Shown: piece after piece, positions 38,745-49,184 of the stretch
Layout of the letters: each line of letters begins with the position of its first letter
Position numbering within the stretch: position 1 is the stretch's first letter
Source: a virus
Taxonomy: Duplodnaviria; Heunggongvirae; Uroviricota; Caudoviricetes
Length of the DNA: 64,000 bases
Virus record (IMG/VR): IMGVR_UViG_3300038393_003162
Location: 20,407 to 84,406 of that record
Direction: 5' to 3' (one strand)
The notes under the pieces: generated by a model
Databases searched by the model: none
Told to the model about the DNA's origin: nothing
Seen by the model: the letters and a program-made list of their open reading frames with translations, nothing else
Translations under genes and position numbers: made by a program

Positions 38745-40744
38745 CTAGCTGCTGTACATAGGAAGAAGAGAACCTTGAATATACCAAAACTTAGTTCCAT
38801 CGGCATATTCAACAGCAGGACCATCCTCGCGGTGAAGCTTACCATCTATATACCAAAACTTAGTTCCATCGGCACATTCGATGGCGGGACCATCCTCGCG
38901 ATGGAGTTGCCTATTCAGCCACCACCTCTTGGTGCCATTGGCATCTGTAGGCAAACCGGCTGCTCCTTCTCGGGCGACTTGGGCTTGATGACATCGGCTT
39001 CTGTGACTTGCTTGTTGTTCAGCCACCATTCCTTGCGACCATTGACATATTCGATGGCGGGACCATCCTCGCGATGGAATTGTCCGTTCAGATACCAAGC
39101 TTTGTAACCATTAGCATATTCAACAGCAGGACCATCCTCGCGGTGAAGCTTACCATCTATATACCACCTCTTGGTGCCATCGGCACATTCGATGGCAGGT
39201 CCATCAGTCCGGTGGCGTTTGCCATTCTGATACCAATATTTCCCGCCATAAACCTTCTCGATGGCAGGTCCATCGGTGCGATGACGTTCTCCATTCACCC
39301 ACCATTCTTGGTCTCCGTTACGGTCTTCCACAGCGGGACCATCTTCGCGATGGAGTTGTCCGTTCAGATACCATTGCTTGAAACCATGGGCATATTCGAT
39401 GGCAGGACCATCTTCGCGATGGAGTTGTCCGTTCAGATACCATTCCTTGCCTCCATCGTAATGCTCGATGGCGGGACCATCCTCGCGATGACGTTGTCCA
39501 TTCAGATACCACCTCTTGGTGCCATCGGCATCTGTTTCGCAGACGGGCTGCTCCTTCTCGGGCGACTTGGGCTTGATGACATCGGCTTCTGTGACTTGCT
39601 TGCCGTTCAACCGCCATTCCTTGTGACCACCAGCCCATTCGATAGCGGGACCATCCTCGCGATGGAGTTGTCCGTTCCGATACCATTTCTTGTGACCACC
39701 AACCCATTCAACGGCAGGACCATCTTCTCTATGGCGTTGTCCGTTCAGATACCAGCATTTATCGCCATTGACATGTTCGATGGCTGGACCATCCTCGCGA
39801 TGGAGTTGTCCGTTCTGATGCCATTCCTTGCGACCATTGGCACATTCGATGGCTGGACCATCTTCTCTATGAAGTTGTCCATTCAGATACCACCTCTTGG
39901 TGCCAATGGCATCTGTTTCGCAGACCGGCTGTTCCGTGGGAGATGATGGAGCAACCTTCAGGTACTTCTGATACTTGGTCGCAATCTTCTGCCACATATC
40001 CATATTCAGATGAAGCGAGGGGATCATAAACCCATTCAAATCATCCTCGCTCATCACTTTTTCGACTGATTCTTTCATCTCATCGAAAATGAAATCGATG
40101 ACCTGCGATACCTCCTTGAGCGATTTCAAATGTTTCATCAGGATCGAGAGCCGAGCCGCTGACGAGGTCCCGATCGTGGTCTCGTCCTGAGCGGTCATGT
40201 TCTCCAGGGCGATTCGCACCGCTTCCCGAGAGACCGATTTCTGGACCTTGTTCTCTGGCTTCGCTTCCGTCAGATTCTTAATCTGGTCGCGGTAAACGTT
40301 GGTCTGAAACACATTCATGAGTTGCGTGAACTCGAAGAATTTCTTGACCAACTCTGCATCCGACTTGTGTAAGTCGTAGAACTCGTGGACCTGCGGCGAG
40401 GATGCCCCGTGTTCCATAGCGAGCAGGGCGAACTGGAACGGGATATCCTCCTTCGTCGTTGCGATCTTCTTGATCAACGAGGGGTCGACATCGACCGATT
40501 CCTTGTCGCCCTCGTAAGGAATCACATCGGAAACATATAAACCAAACTTATCCTCAAACCCAAACACCTTGAAACTAATGAAGTTCCAGGCGGAAATGGT
40601 GTCCACCTTGACGACATCCCCGGCTCGCAAAGTGAACAATGTGCTCGGGTGTGAACCGGGTTTGGCATACGAATGCTCTTTCCAGGCGACATCGGGTCGA
40701 ACTTGGACCTTGTCGCCAACCTTGATCTGCTTCGACGAAGCCAT
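38745..40744 (-). CDS. HREDGPA-repeat protein with N-terminal KOW/SH3-like domain; frameshift near 38950
   Basis: 11 repeats in the 609-aa frame plus 2 more in the shifted frame ending at 38745. Confidence 0.85.
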
Positions 40745-40831
40745 GGCAATGTTCCTTGTTCTGGTCGCAAGAACGACCTGTATTTCGTGGAATGTCAGTT
40801 CTAATCAACAGTCGAACAGATGGTGGTGATG

Positions 40832-41518
40832 TTATTGTTTAGGAGCAAGTTCAACCTGAACGAGATCGCCATTCAGCCACCATTCTTTGGTGCCGTTTTC
40901 GCGTTCTATGGCTGGACCATCTACTCGATGGTATCTGTCATTTAGGCTCCACGCTTTATAGCCGTCGGCGTGTACGACGGCTGGTCCATCTTCGCGATGA
41001 CGCCTGCCATTCAACCACCATTCTTTGCTGCCATCGGCATGCTCAATGGCAGGTCCATCTTCGCGATGCTTTTTGCCATCCTGATACCAATATTTGGCTC
41101 CGCTGGGACATTCGATGGCGGGTCCGTCTGCTCGATGAAACTCATCAGCTTGATACCATTCTTTGATACCATCAGCCCGTTCGATGGCTGGACCGTCTTC
41201 TCGGTGGAGCTTGCCGTTTTGATACCATCTCCTCGTACCATCTGGCTCGATGATTGCCGGTCCATCGTCACGGTGAAGCTCACCATCCTTCAGCCACTTC
41301 ATCTTGCCCTTGAGGGTCTTGATGTAGATGATCTGTTGGATCATATCGATGACCTGGATCTCGCCGACTCCCTTGAGAGTCATCAATGGCGTTGAGAGCA
41401 AGGGAGCCATGGGAACCACCGAGGCACCAGCAATCGCCACAACCGGAGTGGTCGCGACTGCACCGCCCGCGATAGTCGCCTTCAGCATCTCCCGACGATT
41501 GAGATTGGAATCAGTCAT
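40832..41518 (-). CDS. HREDGPA-repeat protein with twin-arginine signal
   Basis: MTDSNLNRREMLKATIAGGAVA; six HRxDGPA repeats. Confidence 0.85.
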   Translation of the reverse strand: MTDSNLNRREMLKATIAGGAVATTPVVAIAGASVVPMAPLLSTPLMTLKGVGEIQVIDMIQQIIYIKTLKGKMKWLKDGELHRDDGPAIIEPDGTRRWYQNGKLHREDGPAIERADGIKEWYQADEFHRADGPAIECPSGAKYWYQDGKKHREDGPAIEHADGSKEWWLNGRRHREDGPAVVHADGYKAWSLNDRYHRVDGPAIERENGTKEWWLNGDLVQVELAPKQ

Positions 41519-41523
41519 TGAAC

Positions 41524-41727
41524 TTATCCTTCTTCAACGGCATCATACCGATCGAAAGTCATCCGCATGAGGACATCGACGAGGAGCAAGGGCAGCCACC
41601 ACAGGACCAACGCGACGTTGAAGTAGCCGCCCAAGATCACCGACCAATCTTCCAGCCACTTAGCGCCCTCGAAGATGCCGTGGCAGGCAACACCAATCAG
41701 CAGGTAGATGACGACCACAGAGATCAT
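41524..41727 (-). CDS. Small two-TM membrane protein
   Basis: Start MISVVVIYLL overlaps (ATGA) the stop of a 34-aa hydrophobic ORF at 41724-41828. Confidence 0.55.
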   Translation of the reverse strand: MISVVVIYLLIGVACHGIFEGAKWLEDWSVILGGYFNVALVLWWLPLLLVDVLMRMTFDRYDAVEEG

Positions 41728-42193
41728 TCCTGATGCCCTCGACACGCGAAGAATTCGACGCAACCCAAGTAACAGAAGAGTCCGGCGTAGTAGACAAGAA
41801 CGAAAGCTAACAAGGTAGGCTTTAGCATCTGAAAATCCTTTCTCAGTATAGACCGTCGCCTTTATGGGTAATTCTAGGTCTACGCCACGAATTTCCAAAT
41901 CAAGGTAGAGTCTTAAGCTGTCCTAGCAGTGTGTTTCGTATTACCCACCAGGTCGTGAGGTTACACGTTGCCTGGATTTAAATTATCACACATCTAGAAT
42001 GCTGGTCCGACGTAAACCAGTGGGCACAGCTATCTGCAAGAATATGCTTGCATTATTCAGAAGCACGCTTAAAGACCACATCGACAAAGCGTCAGCAATA
42101 ATTTATTTAATTGTCTATTACGAGAATTTTTATGGTGGTCGTTTTTCGCTTACTGAGTTAGACCTACAAACTCCATAAAGAAGTCTGAGGAGG

Positions 42194-42222
42194 AATTTAC
42201 CATATTAAGCAATTGATGTCAA
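42194..42222 (-). promoter_or_regulatory. Sigma70-like promoter
   Basis: TTGACA-17 nt-TAAATT with extended TG. Confidence 0.6.
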
Positions 42223-42249
42223 GGTAACATTGAGTCTTTTATAGTGATA

Positions 42250-42319
42250 GTAAGTCCTGTTTAGGCAGGCAATTGGTTGGATAGGAAGCCCCGACCCTAA
42301 AGGGTCGGGGCTAGTTCAC
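42250..42319 (+). mobile_element. Orphan IS200/IS605-type right end / TnpB omega-RNA-like module
   Basis: GTAAGTCC...GGCA...AGGAAGCCCCGACCCTAAAGGGTCGGGGCTAGTTCAC; 12-bp hairpin followed by TTCAC; no tnpA/tnpB in the window. Confidence 0.55.
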
Positions 42320-42342
42320 AAGGCAGGAATTTCAGACTCAGG

Positions 42343-43260
42343 TCATCGGACCGGGACTGCCGTCTCGCGTGTCGCAATTGCCGCGTAGCACCGCTTGAGT
42401 CGATCGGCTTCGATCCGCATGTACTCGTTCCAGTCCGTCTCGGGTTCCCAAGCCTGCTGGAACGACGGGATGTGACCTGGCTGGTAGTGGCTCGAAATGT
42501 CCTTGAGCCGATGGAACAGCCTTCGCTGCTCATTGATGTCCGTCTGGTCGGGACGGTCTTCCGGGTCTAAAGAAGTCTCGAACAGGTATTGGATGTGCCT
42601 CAAGGACCCCATCCAGACTGCCAACTGCTGGTGTTGGAGTTCGCGAGGCATATCCTTGTAGCAGGGGAAGACGCGGTCGATCTCAGCCGACAGGTAGCGA
42701 AGCCTTCCTCTCAGCCCCAGCGCCAGTTCCACGTCCTGGTCGCTCTCCTCGGTCAGCAATTCCGAATCGAGGTCCAGCCGTCTGGCTTGCTCCACCAGAG
42801 CCTCGTAGGCGACCCTCGAAGCCTTGTCTTCCTTCCTCGCCTCAGCCAGCGCCTTGCTGATCTCGTCGTACCGCGCCCGTGTCGCCTCTTCCTTGGCGTC
42901 CACTTCCATTTTGGAACTCACCACCAAGGCTTCGGCTTGCTCCCGTTCCTTCGCGGAGAGATCCTTGCGGAACTTCGCCAAATCCTTGACCATCCGTTCC
43001 AGGTTGGTTCGATCCTTATCGCACTCCTCGATCTGCGACTTGAGGACGCTCGCCTCTTGGTCGAAGCAGGTCTTGGCTTTTCGGAGGTTTGAAATCGCCC
43101 TGGCGCGTCGGTCCTTGGCATCGGCAAGATCCTGTTCGATCTTGCCGCCCTTGGTCTTGGCTTCTGCCTTGCGGACGAGTTGAGCCAACTTGGACATGGA
43201 GTTGAGTTGATCGAGAGACATTCCTAGCTGTCCTTTTGCTATTTTGTGCCGTCGCGGCAC
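42343..43260 (-). CDS. Coiled-coil hypothetical protein
   Basis: 305-aa ORF with E/K/A-rich heptads. Confidence 0.75.
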   Translation of the reverse strand: MPRRHKIAKGQLGMSLDQLNSMSKLAQLVRKAEAKTKGGKIEQDLADAKDRRARAISNLRKAKTCFDQEASVLKSQIEECDKDRTNLERMVKDLAKFRKDLSAKEREQAEALVVSSKMEVDAKEEATRARYDEISKALAEARKEDKASRVAYEALVEQARRLDLDSELLTEESDQDVELALGLRGRLRYLSAEIDRVFPCYKDMPRELQHQQLAVWMGSLRHIQYLFETSLDPEDRPDQTDINEQRRLFHRLKDISSHYQPGHIPSFQQAWEPETDWNEYMRIEADRLKRCYAAIATRETAVPVR

Positions 43261-43281
43261 GAAGTTAAGCAGAGCAGAAGT

Positions 43282-43343
43282 TAGAACGACAACTAATAAA
43301 AGAAACCCGTTGAAAAACCTTCAAATGTTTTCAACGGGTTTCT
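43282..43343 (-). terminator. Intrinsic terminator
   Basis: AGAAACCCGTTGAAAA / TTTTCAACGGGTTTCT stem with an A-tract on the plus-strand left side. Confidence 0.6.
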
Positions 43344-43398
43344 GAGAGGGCATCAGACTCTTCGGACATCGAGCAAGGGGTGATCCGGAAAGGTCAGA

Positions 43399-44649
43399 TC
43401 ACTTCTTGCTCTTTTCCTTCGCGTCAGGATCGAATTCGTGGGGCGCGGCGGTGGTTTTTGTCTCAGGACCGGCATGGGGGAAGTCGCCGTCCCTCGTTTC
43501 AGGAGTCGCCACCTTCTTCTCGGGGATGTCCATATTCTGAGCCGCCGCCATGACGACGTGTTTCGCATCGGCGCTGAGGTTGTTGCGTTCGCCGACTTGC
43601 TTGAGGAACTTCTCCTTCGCGTCCTTCAGGTGGTGCCGAGCATCGCGGAGCTTCTCGACCTCGTCGAATAGTTCCTCGCCCTTCAAGGTCGACTCGACCT
43701 TCTCGAACTGGCTTTTGACCGCGTTGTACTCGGCTTGGGCAAGGACATAGTTACTATACGCCACGTAGCCGTCGCTGCCGTCGCCGACCTGCTTGTTGAT
43801 GCCGACCGCGTTCCAGACGTAGGAGGCGCTCTTGACCATGTTGGTCGAATCGAGCGTCAGTAATGCCGTCAGCATCGCCAGCCCGATGCTGAATTTCTTG
43901 CCTTTGTGCCACGAAGGCGACTTCTCACCAAAGCTTGCCGACATGATTTCTTTTCCTTTCCCAACTTCCAACTCGTCGTGGAAACCATCCGCAGGGACAT
44001 CCCCTGGCGTTTCATCAATGGTCCCACTCTCATCCTCGTTCACGGGAGATACAGATTCAGGTGTTGACGGGCGAACCTCAGGCTGTGTACCTGCGTCCTG
44101 CTCTTGCTTGGTCTCAAGCGTCCGGACGGATCTGACACAAGGAGCGGTTCCTTGGACATATCGCCAACGAGCCGGATTCCACGCATCTTGTCCGAGACGA
44201 TACGGATCAGCCGATACGTCGATCTTGGCGTTGAGATCACGCAACGTCTTCGTCGCCGGGTCGTTGATCAGCTTCTCGTACTCGGGATTGGCGGCATAAC
44301 CGAGGATTACCTCGTCGATCTTCACTTGCGGAAACTTCTTGGGATCGGTCTTGACTTCCTCGCCGACTTCTGGTACAAGTATACCTTCCTCCTGCTTGGC
44401 AGCGAAATCAGAGAATTCCATGAAAGCATCGAGTGCTTTCATGTCCCACTCGGCAACATCTTGCTTTATCATGTGAGCAAGGTGTTGATTGTCCGACTGT
44501 TCGCAGAACAACTGCCGCAGGAAATTCTCTTCGTCGCTATAGGACGAAAGGACGCTTGAACCCTCGCCTTGCTTCAAGAATAAGGATTCTAATTCATTAG
44601 GCGATTCTTCTCCGACATGGTTCATCGTTCCTTTGCCCCTCGGTGCCAT
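43399..44649 (-). CDS. Hypothetical membrane protein containing a PrkA/YeaG-like segment
   Basis: PKKFPQVKIDEVILGYAANPEYEKL...LRDLNAKIDV; one TM segment; start probably MAPRG. Confidence 0.6.
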   Translation of the reverse strand: MAPRGKGTMNHVGEESPNELESLFLKQGEGSSVLSSYSDEENFLRQLFCEQSDNQHLAHMIKQDVAEWDMKALDAFMEFSDFAAKQEEGILVPEVGEEVKTDPKKFPQVKIDEVILGYAANPEYEKLINDPATKTLRDLNAKIDVSADPYRLGQDAWNPARWRYVQGTAPCVRSVRTLETKQEQDAGTQPEVRPSTPESVSPVNEDESGTIDETPGDVPADGFHDELEVGKGKEIMSASFGEKSPSWHKGKKFSIGLAMLTALLTLDSTNMVKSASYVWNAVGINKQVGDGSDGYVAYSNYVLAQAEYNAVKSQFEKVESTLKGEELFDEVEKLRDARHHLKDAKEKFLKQVGERNNLSADAKHVVMAAAQNMDIPEKKVATPETRDGDFPHAGPETKTTAAPHEFDPDAKEKSKK

Positions 44650-44750
44650 GGTGGTCACCTTTGAATGAACACGTAACTCCAATCGTCTCCCTTTACTATA
44701 GCCGGTTCTTTTTAGCCTGTAAACTAAAAACCAGAGAAAATTGCCAGACC

Positions 44751-46811
44751 TCAATGGCATCCTGTAGGGGTTACGGGAGTTGTAGTGGCTATGCTCCCTA
44801 CACCGGGGTTACACGGGGACAAATTACTCTCATTAAGATCCCAGGCTGAGGTCTCCGCACAGCAATTGAAATCCTGATCAGAAATCGTCCACCACATCAC
44901 ATATGTTGACATGGGATCAAATGCAGTAATATACCACTTGTTGGCAAGCCCGGTGGGATATATATATCCCATGCTGTCGGCGAATACCCCGTGATCTGTA
45001 TACCCCATAACCCATTTCACATTCGGCAAAGCCGGAATGTCCCCCACCCAATGGCATGGATGTATCGACGTGTATCTTTGGAGCGTGAATGTCCCAGCCA
45101 ACGCGGTCGCCTGGCACGTACTCCCTGCGCCGAATTGGGTATGCAGAGTGATCGTATTCGGAACTTTCGTCGCGAGGGCGCACTTGCCACAACGAATCTG
45201 GAAAGGGGTTGGGGCACAATACCTGTAAGGAGTTAAGGTCAAATTATATGTAGCAATAGCACAAGATGACGTAAAGGACGTGCTTTCCGAGGTGGAAAGA
45301 TTGTTGACGCCGCAGCAATTCCAATTTGCTGCCGCCCATGAGGTATGCATCAAGGTACAGTCGGTGTTGTTGCCGCCGGATGGATTGACCGGCGCGTGAG
45401 CCTTGAGGTCCCATTTCTGGGTCGAATCATTATAACTTAATTCGTAATAGTAACCATGCAAGGAGGAATCGAGGACCATTTCCATGATCGGTCCCGCATC
45501 TGGCATCCCGGAATTGAGCGGACCGATCCAAGATCCCGTTGTTGGATTGAAATCCAGCAAACTGTCGTTGAATACGAAATTACATCCGCAGTTGGAAGAT
45601 GATGATGCCCCATAAGTTCCAGTTACCCCGACGGACCAACCGATCGGAAATTGCGGACAACCATAGGCACTTGCCGACGGCAGATTGCTGATGCCTGTCG
45701 TTGATGTCGTCGCCGTGCCTCGCACCACAATCCCGCCCGACGGCTTCCCGACGAACTTCTTGGCAAGGCTGGTAATCGCCACACCGCCAGTCTTGATCCC
45801 GCCATTGCCCGAGGTTACAAAATGCTGGATACCATCTCCCGTAGCAAAAGTCAGCACGTACGCCGCTTCACCGGAGAGGACCAAGCCCCCCGTCATCGTG
45901 GATTCGTAGATGCCCGCATTATGAGCCACCGCGTCAGCGGCTCCTCCCACAACTATCCCTCCCGTCATCTCGGTCGCCCAGATCGGCGGCGGTTCCGGGA
46001 AGACCGGCGTATTGGGAGAACCGAGGAACTGGAGCAGGAAGCCGTCGTATCTCACTCCGGTTGCGTTCTGAGGCGTGGTTCGCCTCGCCCAGACCGGAAT
46101 CCCATCGCCCGGCAATATGATCCCAACATTGAACATGTCGGTGGGCGAACCAAAAATCACGCCTCCGGGAGCTTGGGTGGCTGCCGATACCGACGGAGCT
46201 ATCGCGTTGACCGGAGATCCATCAACCAGTTTCAGTATATTTATACCAGTGCTTCCATCAACGTTGTTGGCGATCAAAATCAGCTTGGGATGGTATCGCT
46301 TGCTGTCGAAGCCTTCGAAGTTGATGAAAACCGTGATTGCCCCATTATCATCGATTCCTTCGCATACGACCCCGCTTAGTTGGGGCAAGTTATTGAGCGC
46401 GTTTTGAAGGTTGTGAGCGAATTGGTCTTTATCAGGTAAAAAATCAACGGTTAGAGGATAGCCGTCGTACGCCAGGAGCAACTGCCCACTGACTGCGGGA
46501 CCGAGAACCGTCAGCGATTGCCGGTCATTGCGGAAGTCAAATCCCAATTCAACATATGCCCCGCCTTCTTCCTGCTGCCCGATGAAGACATTCGCGTCGA
46601 ATAGTCCATCGTCAGTGTCTTCGTTGAAGACGTAGATGCATCGGTAGTCCACGAAGCCGTTGGCGGCTTGTGTCGGGTCCAGATCATCGAAGAGATTGTC
46701 GATGGTCGAGGGGATAGGAACAGCAGATGGTATCCCTCCCAGAGATTGGGAGGGATTGTCATTGTTCGGACCACCTGAATATACGAAAACGAAGTCGGAT
46801 GCAGAAATCAT
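44751..46811 (-). CDS. Putative virion structural / tail-associated protein with Cys-rich C-terminus
   Basis: N-terminal SGG..N.NP..SLGG...NLFDD...DYRC motif recalled from large-phage structural proteins; Gly-rich GGxV repeats. Confidence 0.6.
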   Translation of the reverse strand: MISASDFVFVYSGGPNNDNPSQSLGGIPSAVPIPSTIDNLFDDLDPTQAANGFVDYRCIYVFNEDTDDGLFDANVFIGQQEEGGAYVELGFDFRNDRQSLTVLGPAVSGQLLLAYDGYPLTVDFLPDKDQFAHNLQNALNNLPQLSGVVCEGIDDNGAITVFINFEGFDSKRYHPKLILIANNVDGSTGINILKLVDGSPVNAIAPSVSAATQAPGGVIFGSPTDMFNVGIILPGDGIPVWARRTTPQNATGVRYDGFLLQFLGSPNTPVFPEPPPIWATEMTGGIVVGGAADAVAHNAGIYESTMTGGLVLSGEAAYVLTFATGDGIQHFVTSGNGGIKTGGVAITSLAKKFVGKPSGGIVVRGTATTSTTGISNLPSASAYGCPQFPIGWSVGVTGTYGASSSSNCGCNFVFNDSLLDFNPTTGSWIGPLNSGMPDAGPIMEMVLDSSLHGYYYELSYNDSTQKWDLKAHAPVNPSGGNNTDCTLMHTSWAAANWNCCGVNNLSTSESTSFTSSCAIATYNLTLTPYRYCAPTPFQIRCGKCALATKVPNTITLHTQFGAGSTCQATALAGTFTLQRYTSIHPCHWVGDIPALPNVKWVMGYTDHGVFADSMGYIYPTGLANKWYITAFDPMSTYVMWWTISDQDFNCCAETSAWDLNESNLSPCNPGVGSIATTTPVTPTGCH

Positions 46812-46823
46812 ATATCGTATATA

Positions 46824-47828
46824 TTAGTGAGTACAGAACAATGTTCGCTCTCTTTGCAGCAGGGTGTTGAGAATCCCGTGCTGGAAGTTGAACAGCGGGA
46901 TATTTAGATTATCGCCCAAGTTGGCGATGTCAGCCCCACCGAAATTGGAGAGGAGGTAGAAATGGACGGTCTTCCCTCGCTCCATGCCGTTGGCGATCTT
47001 CTGGATTTCGTAATTTCCGCCGTTCATGGCAGTCGTATTGAGGACGCCTTTTTGAAGGTCGCGGAATCGATAGAACTGCTCAGGCAAGTTGTGGTCGTGG
47101 TAGGGGCTGATCGACATAAATCGGGTCTCGCCCGTTTGGTTTGACCTGTGAGACCAAATCACGAGTCGCACCGGACCGAGCCACATCATGGCTTCGCCTT
47201 CCGGCTGGAAGGAAGCGACGGTCCCGTTGAAGTCCCGCACGACATCGATAGAGACCCCGTAGGGGTTGCCATTGGGCGGGGACTCGCGACAGAGCAATTC
47301 GGGCGGGATTGCCTTGGGATGACGAACCATCGCGTCAGCGAAACTGCTGATCGGGTAGGTCGCAGGCGAGACCCTTGGCTGCAGTCCCTCGAAGTTCGTC
47401 ACCTTCCAATATCTTCCCCGAAAGAATGCGAATTTATTCGCAGGATTGGTCCCATTCGGCTCATCTTCGATGGTACTCGACGTGCTCATGAGCCTGATGC
47501 GATCGCCGTAGACCGGGTCGGGATGTCCGTTCTCGACGATCATCCTGAAACTTTCGCTGCCGCTGGGGTGGTGAGCATCGTGGACGCCGAAGATCGTGGA
47601 CCAATCGGCGCATGAATAGAAGCAGGTGCGTGGCGTGAACCCCAGATGGGGGTTTTGCTCGACAGGGACCTCTGCAAGCGTGAGCCGAGGATGTGCCAGT
47701 TCGACATCGTATCGGTACTTGCCGATAACTTGGGGATAACTGGCAGCCTGGGATTGAACCCAAGCGTGCCAGTTATCGTAATGCATGTGGATCGTTCCGT
47801 CGGCGTCTTCGCATTCAAAAGGCTTCAT
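46824..47828 (-). CDS. Hypothetical protein
   Basis: Long ORF; start probably MKPFEC after GGAGG. Confidence 0.65.
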   Translation of the reverse strand: MKPFECEDADGTIHMHYDNWHAWVQSQAASYPQVIGKYRYDVELAHPRLTLAEVPVEQNPHLGFTPRTCFYSCADWSTIFGVHDAHHPSGSESFRMIVENGHPDPVYGDRIRLMSTSSTIEDEPNGTNPANKFAFFRGRYWKVTNFEGLQPRVSPATYPISSFADAMVRHPKAIPPELLCRESPPNGNPYGVSIDVVRDFNGTVASFQPEGEAMMWLGPVRLVIWSHRSNQTGETRFMSISPYHDHNLPEQFYRFRDLQKGVLNTTAMNGGNYEIQKIANGMERGKTVHFYLLSNFGGADIANLGDNLNIPLFNFQHGILNTLLQRERTLFCTH

Positions 47829-47886
47829 GATTCCGCCCTCCCTGAAGCGTATACCTGAAGTCCCAACAAAGCCCGGTCCGAATCGG

Positions 47887-48651
47887 TCACTCCTGATGCA
47901 CTGTCTGTAGCAAGGGCGACGAAAGAATCCCATGCCGAGTATTGCCCACGTACCACACCGGCATGGTCAGATTCAGACCCATCTTGGAGAAGCACCAAAG
48001 GGTCACCGGCCAGCGGCGGATGCCGGGAATCATAAAGATGGGTCGAGGCAATCCTAGTCCCACCCCGCCCGCCCGATAGGATTTGACCGCCAACTCGACA
48101 CAATAGAGGTTGCGGTCATCGGGCGAAAGTTCGAAGTCGAATGGTGTCTGTTCCTCCCATCGTTTCTTGGCGTAGGCAATTGCCTTGGTCTTGTCGAGAT
48201 TGGAACATCGCGACACGCACCACTGATTGCCGATGACATCGATCATGTAGATAGCGAACGGCTGACGACGGATGCCCGCCTTGGTGGCGTCATAGAGGAA
48301 TGGTTCCCCATGCTCGATCGAGACGATTGCGGTGTGGCTGTACCTTGAATCCGTCACCTTGGCGAGGGCGCGGCTGAAGGGATAGAGTCCACGGGCGAGT
48401 CTCGCATCCCCCAGCCGATGGACCAGGTCGCCATCTTCCAGGTTCTTCCGTCCCCATTCCTGCCAGGTCAGCATCTCCGGGGTCCATCGGATCGGCGGGA
48501 TGGCTCCTTCTTCTCTCGCCTTGACCGCACTTGGACCCCACGTGTTCTCTTCGCCTGCTGGTGCCGTCACGACCCGATCAGAGGGCTCTTTCTCATCGTA
48601 AGAAATGACCTTGATGGTGAATATGAGGACCTTGATCCAAAACATTGACAT
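47887..48651 (-). CDS. Permuted papain-like amidase, YiiX/YebB (N1pC/P60) family
   Basis: LEDGDLV...YSHTAIV...LYCVELA (His before Cys). Confidence 0.85.
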   Translation of the reverse strand: MSMFWIKVLIFTIKVISYDEKEPSDRVVTAPAGEENTWGPSAVKAREEGAIPPIRWTPEMLTWQEWGRKNLEDGDLVHRLGDARLARGLYPFSRALAKVTDSRYSHTAIVSIEHGEPFLYDATKAGIRRQPFAIYMIDVIGNQWCVSRCSNLDKTKAIAYAKKRWEEQTPFDFELSPDDRNLYCVELAVKSYRAGGVGLGLPRPIFMIPGIRRWPVTLWCFSKMGLNLTMPVWYVGNTRHGILSSPLLQTVHQE

Positions 48652-49184
48652 TCTCCTGTATCAAATCGACACCGAACAAGGGGGGAAACTTATCCTTCCC
48701 GATATTCCGCAACGCGGACGACGCAAGACTTCGTTCATCGAGCAAGGGAGAAGAACTCGGGGAGGGAAGCATTGTTCGGGGTTTGCTATTATACCATTCG
48801 CCGATGTTCGGCGAAACAGCCAATATGAACAAGGCGACGAGAGTGAGGAGGACGAGCCTGATCATGGTCCTCATCTTGACCTCCGCTTGCGTGTATTCCG
48901 GAAGCGGAGTCGTTCTTTGGTAAGACTTTTCTCGGAGCAATTCTTCAAGGAAGGGGGGGCGTCCCAGACCAATGAGCGGGTAGAGATCGAGGTAGAGAGA
49001 CCCGTGATGGCGACAATAAAGGATCTCTCTATCATCGACACCGTCGGCATTGAAGGGTGTGGGCGTTGAGTAACAATACCTCAGACAGCCACACTTCAGA
49101 ACCTCTTTGCGAACCAGACGACGAGTGGTCTTCATAGGTCGGACTCCTTCTTCCTGAATTGCCGAAAGATGATGCTAGGTCAAC

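Noticed and set aside
38745-41518. Diversity-generating retroelement TR/VR pair among the HREDGPA repeats
   Set aside because: No reverse transcriptase is present and the differences are not adenine-specific by eye; ordinary coding repeats explain it.
41845-42190. tmRNA or RNase P RNA
   Set aside because: No tRNA-like ends, proteolysis tag or GAGGAAAGUCC motif was found.
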